A DNA stretch of 64,000 bases from Octopus sinensis (taxonomy: Eukaryota): assembly GCF_006345805.1 (NCBI RefSeq), contig NC_043007.1, positions 31,372,001-31,436,000 on the forward strand. The letters run 5' to 3'. Numbering within the stretch: the first letter of the stretch is position 1; each line of letters starts with the position of its first letter. The notes under the pieces are model-generated. The model was given only the letters and a program-made list of their open reading frames with translations, was not told the origin of the DNA and did no database searches. Shown one piece after another: positions 40,817 to 50,037 of this stretch. Both the position numbers and the translations under genes were made by a program.

Positions 40817-40890
40817 AATTATTCAGCTCACTGACTGGAATCGAGCTTGGAATCTTGAGTTCGATTCCAGGCAGTGACCTGAATAATTTT
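40815..40890. repeat. 76-nt hairpin at the centre of a ~2.5-kb imperfect palindrome
   Basis: 33-nt arms (40815-40847 and 40858-40890) with 2 mismatches and 1 G-T pair, 10-nt loop; flanked by (TAT)n on the left and (AAT)n on the right. Confidence 0.95.
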
Positions 40891-40992
40891 AATAATAATA
40901 ATAATAATAGAACTTCCAACTTGTTGTCTCTTGATGTCTCTGGGTGAAACTTGGAGCCAACTTGTACAAATGTAAAGCAAAAGTCAAACATA

Positions 40993-41046
<54 letters not shown>

Positions 41047-41048
<2 letters not shown>

Positions 41049-41603
41049 GCCCTGATGCAGTACCAGGCAGTGGCTCTCATGGCTTCTGATCTTAACTGAT
41101 TGGAAGTGTTATCATGTACATTGTCTTGTCTTGGTATAAAAGATGGGCTACAGCAAATATTCTGCTCAATGCCACAGATTTGCTTGTCAGTTGTTTGACC
41201 GTAACCAGTTGAGCATGTCCCTTAGTGGCTGACGATATGTGAATTTCTGATCATGAGCAGAAGTAGTGGGGGAGCATCATAGCCATGTGTTGAGAGGAAT
41301 TCTTTGGGGCTTAGATATTTCACCTCTAGAAACATGGGTGTTTCATTCAACATCCTTAAACAAACCTTATTCAGGGACCTTTTGAGCGGGATGGGCTACT
41401 CGACCAGAAGAAAATTCTAACTGGGCCCCCACCTGCAAGGTCATGCGCTGTTTATCTTGATATGAGATCACCATGTCGTGCACATATGGTTGTGATGCTT
41501 GTGCCTAGTGTACCCTTATCAGACGGGTAGTCATGATGGGTATACTGGGCTTCGTATATTTTGCCTCAATGTTACTTTGATGGCATGCACTGCTCTCTCA
41601 CTC
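41047..41603 (+). mobile_element. Same (AAT)n-tailed retroelement, longer copy, opposite orientation
   Basis: 41154-41603 is the reverse complement of 40277-40728 with about 12-14 differences; it ends CTCTCTCACTC-(AAT)n. Confidence 0.85.
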
Positions 41604-41669
41604 AATAATAATAATAATAACACCAAAAAATACCTTAGGAATGAGAACCCAGGGTCGAAATTTCCCCAA

Positions 41670-41715
41670 GACACCTGATGAAGGCTGGAGGGTATATCAG
41701 CTGAAACGTTGTGTT
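41670..41715 (+). ncRNA. Minimal type I hammerhead ribozyme motif (family HHR-A), best-preserved copy
   Basis: Stem I GACAC/GTGTT, core CTGATGA plus one extra A, stem II GGCTG/CAGCT, GAAA, palindromic AACGTT in place of stem III, GUU cleavage triplet. Confidence 0.75.
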
Positions 41716-42264
41716 AACAACAAACAAGATGAGGACAAATATCCGTCAAATGTAAATAATGTAAATAATGTAAATAATGCAAATAATGCAAATAATGTAA
41801 ATAATGTAAATAATGCAAATAATGTAAATGATGTACATAATTCCTCATCTCTTAAATATAGAACTGTAAAAATAAACAATCACATCATCAAAATTCCACA
41901 GCTCTTAGATGATGTATGATTGATACAAAACAATTGAATTAATAAGCATCATATTTGACAGAATAACCTCAAATGCTAAAAAGTTAAAATTGCCAAACAT
42001 TGACTCTAACCAGGCTGCATTCAAATCAGCCAAATTATCCTACACCAAAAAATGCACAGACCTCAGTTAACTTTTAGATTTCAGATGTTGATTGTTGTTT
42101 AACAAAAAGGATACCCACATCCATTCACTTAACAAACCACTCCCCTATTTCATCAAATATTAAATTAATTACAGAAACATATTGAATTTATATTTGGACA
42201 AATTTGTCCAGAAATTTTTTAGTGAGCAATATATCTTAGATTATGGGCTTATATTCATATTTAA

Positions 42265-42649
42265 ACTAGCAGTATTGCCCGGCATTGCTCGGGTTTGTTT
42301 CGGCCCTTTAGAATTGGAATTTTTGAAGAGTAAAAATTTTGCATTATGTAGCTTGTTATTCTCTTTAAGTGAACATTTTTCTGGTTGAAATACACCGAAA
42401 AATGGCGACACAGCAGTAAAAAAATAGGGATTTTCATAGAAAAAAAAGCACCTTTTTGATGTAAATAATTTTTGCTGTTAACATGGTCCAATTTGAATTT
42501 TTTCTTCAACGGAATGAAGAGCAAGCCTTCTTTTATCATACTCTCAATTTTGGTCAACTCGCACCGCAGGATCTCGGAGGAGATAGTGTTAGTTGAAGGC
42601 TACCAAACCTGCCATACACAGACAACTCCAGCTTTATATATAGAGAGAT
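42265..42649 (+). mobile_element. Helentron/HINE-like element near the 3' end of M4 intron 1
   Basis: Same 5' ACTAGCAGTATTGCCCGGC..GCTCGGGTTTGT as 17483, different body, 3' acagacaact...tttatatatagagagat. Confidence 0.6.
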
Positions 42650-42791
42650 TGTTAATGAATTTAATTCTTTTAAAAATAAATATAGGCCTAAACTGTGTAT
42701 GAATGTTTTGTCAAAAAATTAATCTTGGTCTTGAAGAAAAAAAATTCTGATTTTTCTGTTATTAATAATTGTAATGTTTTCATTTTTTTAG

Positions 42792-43231
42792 GTCTATTGT
42801 TGATAAAGACATCTGATGCAGCTCAACGTGTTGATGCTCATGAAAGAGCGAAGAAGATGGTTTACTCTTCATCTTCATTGCAGCGGCGTCATTTAGACAA
42901 AGCTAAAATAACAGTCAGAGATCTTCTTGGTTTGAAGGAATATGAAGAAGTCGAAGAATCAAACCGTATCAAAACAGCTGAAGGCACCGAAGTTTTACGC
43001 TTACAAGAGAAGTTCTTGGGTGTTCCTGTTTTTGATGCTTCATTAACTGTTACCCAAGATCACGAGGGACATTTGACTGGGGATGCAACGGGAACATTTA
43101 TTCAAGGAATTGAAGATGATATCACAAATGTAGAACCAAAGCTTTCAAAATCAGATGTCTTTGATATTGCCTTGAAAGCAGAGGGAGATGAAGCTTCTGC
43201 AGATAGTATCCACCCAAATACAAAATTATGA
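42792..43231 (+). CDS. M4 metalloprotease exon 2, frame 0: end of signal peptide + FTP propeptide region
   Basis: Polypyrimidine tract and ttttttAG acceptor at 42790-42791. LRLQEKFLGVPVFDASLTV matches the FTP propeptide motif (RxxQxxxGVPV). This frame stops at TGA 43229-43231, and homology continues in the -1 frame from about 43216. Confidence 0.85.
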
Positions 43232-44700
43232 TTTTTCTGGATGAAAATAACAAATCTCGATTAGCGTACCGTATAAGTTATCGAATAGAAAATGAAGAAG
43301 TTATTAAACGGCCTACATTTGTTATTGATGGTAATACTGGAGAAATACTGCTGAAATATAATAACTTAGATACCATTTCTAAAGTACTGACTGGTTCTGG
43401 TGGTAATGAAAAATCAGGAATATACAATTTTAGTGACAAAAATCACAAAGCTTTTATAACTCGGATTGGTGAGATGTGTTTTCTTGAAAATAATTATGTA
43501 AAAGTAATAGACATGCAAAACAGTCGCAGTGCAAATCCTAATGAAACAGATCCTATGTATTATGTTTGTGATGTTGGTTTTAATGACAGTGTCAATACAG
43601 CCATGTCACCAGCACTTGATGCCTTCTATTATGGCAGCATGGTATCTCAGATGTTTCAGGAATGGTTTAATACTTCAGTATTAAACAAGCAAGCAATACT
43701 GCGGGTTCATTATGGGACCTATTTCGAAAATGCATTTTGGGATGGGGAATATTGCACGTTTGGTGATGGTTTTGAAATGTTTTATCCTTTTACAGTTGGA
43801 GATATCGTTGCACATGAACTTGCTCATGGCTTCACAGAACAACACTCCGGATTGATTTATGCAGGCCAGTCTGGAGCCATGAATGAGGCGTTTTCCGATA
43901 TAACGGGAGAAATCACTGAAGCTTATATGGGTAAGAATGACTGGTTTGTTGGCTTTGATGTCATGAAAAATACGGACGCACTGAGATACATGGCAAGCCC
44001 CTCCTTAGACAACGTCTCTGTTAGTCATGTAGATAATTTCACTTCAGATTTGGACGTTCATTTGGGAAGCGGAATTTATAATTATATTTTTTACTACATT
44101 GTACATGAATTAAAAATGGACATTAAAGAAACTTACCAAGTTTTCCTCATTGCCAATACAATATATTGGCACCCTTTTACAGATTTCACTTCTGGGGCTT
44201 GTGATATGTTGAAGGTTGCCTATGACCTTGGCAAAGATCTAACCCCCTTTATTAAAGCCTATGAAGTTACAGGAATTAAACCATGTGATGTAGAGAAACA
44301 TATTCAAAGATTGATATTTCGCAGACCAATATCAGGCATTAGAGTATCAGCTGAAGCCAACCCAGTCTTTGAACTTGGTTATCCAAAGCTAGTTGGGAAT
44401 ATTACAGTTATTGCCACTAGTATGTGTGGCAAAGTTCATATTAAGTTATCAAAGCACAATATGTTAACAGAGGGAGATGGTTTGGAAGCAGATACATTGT
44501 TAGGTGAAGGCACATCAGAAGTGACTTTAGGAAATCTTGAAGAATCTAAAATGTTTATCAAATTGTCTCCAGAATCTAGAGAAAGTTTAGAAAATGTTAC
44601 TCTGCGTGCTACGTATGAGTGTGATCCTTTTTTCATTGCTGAATCCTATGATGATTATACGTTACATGAATTAATGTGTGATGAGGACTATAAGTATTAA
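43216..44700 (+). CDS. M4 (thermolysin/elastase/vibriolysin-like) zinc metalloprotease: PepSY propeptide, catalytic domain, PPC-like C-terminal domain
   Basis: RLAYRISY...RPTFVIDGNTGEIL (PepSY); GSGGNEKSGIY (mature N-terminus); VHYGTYFENAFWDG; HELAH at 43813-43827; GAMNEAFSD with third Zn ligand Glu at 43885-43887; DVH at 44053-44061; two Cys pairs placed as in Pseudomonas elastase. No further intron. Stop TAA at 44698-44700. Confidence 0.95.
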   Translation, partial: KYKIMIFLDENNKSRLAYRISYRIENEEVIKRPTFVIDGNTGEILLKYNNLDTISKVLTGSGGNEKSGIYNFSDKNHKAFITRIGEMCFLENNYVKVIDMQNSRSANPNETDPMYYVCDVGFNDSVNTAMSPALDAFYYGSMVSQMFQEWFNTSVLNKQAILRVHYGTYFENAFWDGEYCTFGDGFEMFYPFTVGDIVAHELAHGFTEQHSGLIYAGQSGAMNEAFSDITGEITEAYMGKNDWFVGFDVMKNTDALRYMASPSLDNVSVSHVDNFTSDLDVHLGSGIYNYIFYYIVHELKMDIKETYQVFLIANTIYWHPFTDFTSGACDMLKVAYDLGKDLTPFIKAYEVTGIKPCDVEKHIQRLIFRRPISGIRVSAEANPVFELGYPKLVGNITVIATSMCGKVHIKLSKHNMLTEGDGLEADTLLGEGTSEVTLGNLEESKMFIKLSPESRESLENVTLRATYECDPFFIAESYDDYTLHELMCDEDYKY

Positions 44701-44736
44701 AAATACAACCAAATTATATTAACTACTGGTTTCAAT

Positions 44737-44864
44737 AATAAATATGTGCAATAATTTACAATTTAATCAATAAATATTTGATAATTGCTTGCATTTTTAG
44801 ATAGCTATAATCTTACTTTGTTGTGAATATTTAACTGAAAACACAAATGAATAATATAAATAAA
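44737..44864 (+). terminator. Polyadenylation signals of the M4 gene
   Basis: AATAAA at 44737-44742, 44769-44774 and 44859-44864 in AT-rich sequence after the stop codon. Confidence 0.55.
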
Positions 44865-44990
44865 GATATTCTAAATCTCAACAATTTCATTAGAGTACTG
44901 TTATTTTTGAAATTCCTAAATTCTATCCTTTAACAAATTCACATTTTAATGATTTTTCAAAATCTTTTAAGAATCCCTAAATCAGTCAGC

Positions 44991-45292
44991 GTGGAGACAC
45001 ATGGCCTAGTGGTTAGAGCAGCGGACTTGCGGTTGAGGAATTGTGGGTTCGAATCTCAGACCGGGCGATGTGTGTGTTTATGAGCGAAACACCTAAGTTC
45101 CACGTGTCTCCGGCGGAAGGTAATGTCGAACTTCTACTGACTCTTTTGCCACAACTTTCTCTCACTCTTTCCTCCTGCATCTTGCAGCTCACCTGCGACG
45201 GACCGGTGTCCCGTCCAGGTGGGGAAACTATACGCCAAGGAAACCGGGAAACCGGCCCATATGAGCCAGGCGTGGCTCAAGAAGGAACAAAC
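44991..45292 (+). mobile_element. SINE-B full length with TSD
   Basis: A-box tggcctagtgg, B-box ggttcgaatctc; 10-bp TSD AATCAGTCAG at 44980-44989 and 45294-45303. Confidence 0.9.
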
Positions 45293-45617
45293 TAATCAGT
45301 CAGTAGATGATTTTATGAAACAGTTCTAAAAGATATTTTCCTTTCTACTGAACGGCAACATTTGCAATAATAATTGCAGAATTTTACAAATCTCTGTCAC
45401 ATTCTGTGTGTGTGTTTATGTTTGCATGTGTATACATACAGACATTTGCTAGATGAACCTCTTGATGTAATAGTTAAGCAATGAATAATGCCATCGTAGC
45501 TAATCCTCAGGCTGAGATGACTTCAGTGAAATGGAGGTTACACTGTCCATCGGAATTTCCAAGTCCATAGCACCAAAGTGGTGACTTGAGAAGCCAGTAG
45601 CACACAATAAAAAAAGG

Positions 45618-45780
45618 AGCGGTTGTGTGGTAAGTAGCTTGCTTATGAACCACATGGTTCTGGGTTCAGTCCCACTGCATGGCACATTGGGTAAGTGTCT
45701 TCTACTATAGCCTCGGACCGACCAAAGCTTTGTGAGTGGATTTGGTAGACGGAAACTGAAAGAAGCCTGTTGTGTATATG

Positions 45781-45843
<63 letters not shown>

Positions 45844-45965
45844 ATATGTTGTATATGTTTGTGTGTCTGTGTTTGTCCCCCCAACATTGCTTGACAACCG
45901 ATGCTGGTGTGTTTACATCCCTGTAACTTAGTGGTTTGGCAAAAGAAACCAATAGAATAAGTACC
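45618..45965 (+). mobile_element. SINE-A, split by a SINE-E-like insert at about 45979-46220 (tail resumes near 46250)
   Basis: Head, microsatellite and tail motifs. Confidence 0.75.
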
Positions 45966-48847
45966 AAACTTAAAAACATGTGGAGGCGTGTGGCTTAGTG
46001 GTTAAGGTGTTGGACTCACGATCGTAAGATTGTGGTTTCGATTCCTAGTCCAGGTGATGCGTTCTGTTCTAGAGCAAAACACTTCGTTTCACGTTGCTCC
46101 AGTCCACTCAGCTGGCAAAAGTGAGTTAATCCTGCGACGGATTGGTGTCCCATCCAGGTGCAGAATTTATACACCCCTGAAACCGGCCCTTATGAACCTT
46201 GCATAGTTTGAGAAGGAACTATTTCTTCTTTCTTTTTCTACTTAAAAATATAAGAACTGGGGACGATTTCTTCAACTAAAACCCTTCAAGGCGTTGCCTC
46301 AGCATGGTCGTAGTCTAATGAATGAAACAAGTAAAAGGTCAAACGTGAAAATAAAAGAAAAGGGGTAGAGAGTATATTTTGATAACATCAGATCAAGTTG
46401 GAACAACAAATTCCTTTTTATCTACGATTCATTCCGTGCCAGACGTGACTAAGAGATAAAAGTAAAGAAAAGAAAATCTAAAAAAATGATATCAACTGAT
46501 ATCTCCTTTGGCACTTGATGCAAATAATACAGTCCCGGCCGTGGCATTACAATATCTCGGTTATATTTATATTGCTTTGTCTCTTATCTAAAATCTGAAT
46601 TCAGAATTTTGGTAGAAGCCTAAATGACTGTAGAACTTTGGTATTAGAAAGTTTCCATCTTTCCTCAAAGACATTTGTGGTAGAATTACAACGGTTTCGA
46701 GTCGGAATCGCGTTCAGCTTGTCGAAAATGGACCTTCGTGTTAAGTTGTTGGTTCTTTTATCTTTTACTGGTTCCAGTCATTGGATTGCAGCCATGGGTG
46801 ACACGCTACCGTCCCAACAAGTTGCCCCCCCCCACTACTTGTTTATCTTTTAAAGTCTGGTATTCATTCTTTTCGTCCCTTTTACCGTTAAGATACAAGG
46901 ACATAAACAAACCAATACTCATAGTCAAAGGGTGAGCGGAGAGCAAACGCATACACGCACGCGTGTACACACATGCATGCATGCACGCAGGTACGTATGA
47001 ATGCACACACATACGCACATGCATACACATACATATATACAGACACATACATAAATACATACACACATACATGTATACATACATACACACATACATACAC
47101 ACATACATGTATACATACATACATACACATATATGCACACATACACACATACATACTCATATATGCATACATACACACAAACACACATACATACATACAC
47201 ACATACACACATACTCATATATGCATACATACACACAAACACACATACATACATACACACATACATACACACATACATACAGCCTAATATATCTCTCCCC
47301 AAAACACACACACACAGACAGAGTTTAATGAGCAATTTAATATACGAAGTATACTTGTTTATATTTATTGGATACAGTCGATTATTTACTTCCTCGTCTA
47401 AAGATTCACACACGGACATGAAGTGTCTGCATGGGATCTTTCCGACGACATGATAAATAAAGGCGAAAACCTCCGACGGCGTTACGCCGATAGGCCACTT
47501 GTACAGAGGTTTTCATTGGCTCGGGTGGGACCCCTGATTGATTTGGAGCCGATTTACGGATTGTAGAGATCGATTCTAGTGTTACTGGGAAGTAAATGGA
47601 ACGGCAACTCAGCATAAGTTTATCATTATCAAGGACAGCACCTTCGCAAGGTGCAGGAATCTTTCCCGGAAGCACCTTTCCGGTGACCACCATAGAACTA
47701 AGCCCCTCATTTCCGGTTTAGATTTCTCAGCTTCCTTCGTGATTTGGGACTTTTCAGCCAGGCTTTGCCTTATTGAATAGGAAAATAACTTTTATCATGA
47801 AGTTTCTTTCGGCCCAGGACGGGCTCAAATAATAATCCAAGCCATTTAAACGATGTTATATAATACAAACCGCGATCCAGTGGACTGCAGCAGAATTTAA
47901 AACGAATTCAAATGAGATGCCATTAACCTACCTTATTGAAAATTGCAGGTGAGTCAGCCAATATTTTTCTCATACATTTTCAGAGTAATCCAATGTCTTT
48001 TTGTAATTTACTTCAAGATGATAAAAATATTCTTGCGTCTGGTGAGCTTGCTATTGTAATTTTGCATGGGTACTGAAGACAGTGGGTCTGGTGGATGTTT
48101 TATGTGGGTACTAAGGAGAAAGGGGACGGGGGAAATTTTATATGGGTTTAGGGGACAAAGGAGGCGGCGGGGGGGATTTAAATAGATATAGGGAACAAAG
48201 GCGATAGGGAGGGTCACTGAAAAATTCATAGGAGTTCTGAGGACAAAAGATGTGGTGTGAATTTTATATAGGTGCTGTGGACAAAAGGATTTGCAGATAT
48301 TTCCTTAGTCTTCGGTTTCTATTTAAATATTGCCTTTAGAATAATTTAAATGTAAATATTATGTTAAACTGCTTGTTAGTCGCAATAACAATAACAACAT
48401 CAACAATAATAACAGTCTTTGAAAAACTGAATAGGTATTATCAATGCTTATAGCATTCGGTTATAGTTGAGCGGTGCTACGTTAAAAATGTCGCTCGTGT
48501 CAAACTAGAACTCGGATCAAGATTACTATAGTTTGAAATTACGTATGTGTGCATTAAAATGGTCGGGCAAAGCGTTGAAAAAAATGTTAGTAAAGGAAAG
48601 GCGCAGAGAGTGGCTGTGTGGTAAGAAGCTTGCTTCCCAACCACATGGTTCCGGATTCAGTGGCACCTTGGACAAGTGGACTCCTCAAGCCGACCAAAGC
48701 CTTGTGAGTGGATTTGGTATTCCTCTTAATACGCTCAGACAGCTTCGAACGTGAATACCTGATTGTTGTTGACTTTTCGTCATCAGAGAACACCACTTCA
48801 CTTTAGACGATATGTATTCATAGCACAAGTGATTAATTCATCAATGT

Positions 48848-48912
48848 GAGGTGACTTTGAGACACCGCGGCGTTTCGACCTTATTGTCTGTCTTCTCAAG
48901 TAAAGCCACCCC
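48848..48912 (-). ncRNA. Degenerate hammerhead-like fold (HHR-C)
   Basis: Reverse strand: 12-bp stem I with 2 G-U pairs and a bulge, core CTTGAGA-A, stem II GAC/GTC, GAAA, stem III ACGC-CGCG-GTGT, GUC site. Confidence 0.35.
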
Positions 48913-49619
48913 CATCTGATCGATGGATCTCACAAAAGCCATAAACTGTCTTTTGTAGGAATCAGCGAACAAACTATTTGCTGTTGTGTGCTGATGTCTG
49001 TCAAACACACAATAATTTATGAGGGTCACGTAAAAATAAAGAGAATCGAAACAATAGCGTATCTATTTATTCTTAATACATTCCGCCAAATTCGAATGTG
49101 AACATCTAATCGTTGCTGTTTTATTATTTTTTTCATCGGAGAACGCTTCTTCCCTTCAGACGATGTGTGTTTATAACATATGCGAATCGCCGGAGTATTA
49201 AAAATGAATAGATTTTCGCTGTTCTGCGCGCATCCCGTAAATTATTATCATGACACACTTTTCGTTGCTATTCTTATATATAGCCTGCTGATATAATCAT
49301 CCGAACCAATGCTTTTATACAGAGTTCATCTGACTTTGATAGCGTCGTGTTTATTTTACTGGTAACTTATTTGTTGACTAAACAAGAATGTAAGTCAAAG
49401 GCTGTTTTCGGCTGAGATCGAAATTGATCTCAAAGCTGAACTCAGAAACACTAGGTCACAAAGTAGACAGTACAAATAGCTTGGCCCGTCCTCGCTCAGA
49501 TGTGATAAGAGTGGTATTTACCGCCGTTGTTATCTTTTTACAGGAATCAAAACCATTTATCTGGTTTCTCAGTTATTTGGCAGCCATCTATGTATCGTAC
49601 TTTATCTTTTCTAATATAA

Positions 49620-50037
49620 GCACACGGCCTGAAATTTTGTGGGGGAGGGTTTGAGTTGCTTGCTTCGACCCCAGTACTTTACTGGAAATTTACTTTATCG
49701 ATCCCGGAAGGATGAAAGGCGAAAGAGACATCAGCAGCATTTGATCTCAGAATGAAAGACGCTCGAAATGCCGGTTAGCATTTTCCTGGCGTACTAATGT
49801 TTCTTATTTCTTTATTGCCCACAAGGGGCTAAACACAGAGGGGACAAACAAGGACAGACAGACGGATTAAGTCGAGAACATCGACCTCAGTGTGTAACTG
49901 GTATCTAATTCATCGACCCCGAAAGGATGAAAGGCAAAGTTGACCTTGGCGGAATTTGAACTCAGAACGTAGCGGCAGACGAAATACCGGTAAGCATTTC
50001 GCCCGGCGTGCAAGCGTTTCTGCCAGCTCGCCGCCTT
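49620..50037 (-). mobile_element. SINE-C dimer
   Basis: Minus-strand junction aaagaaataAGAAACattagtacgcc at about 49797-49806. Confidence 0.8.

Noticed and set aside
42695-42791. ATG at 42695 as the start of the protease
   Set aside because: It encodes a non-signal-like K/N/F-rich stretch that is polypyrimidine intron end. The acceptor at 42790-42791 and the upstream Kozak exon give a much better model.
42695-44700. Bacterial contamination or a two-gene operon (ATGA overlap at 43228-43231)
   Set aside because: No Shine-Dalgarno context, host-like AT content, splice and polyA signals, and host SINE flanks. The break falls inside a single PepSY domain, so it is one gene.
44991-45065. tRNA genes at SINE heads (also 11529, 23331, 35850, 63780)
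   Set aside because: A and B boxes are present, but no complete cloverleaf is evident and each continues into a SINE body.
48765-48795. CTGATGA-C-GAAA-AGTC hammerhead-like core on the minus strand
   Set aside because: No stem II, and stem I does not pair in register.
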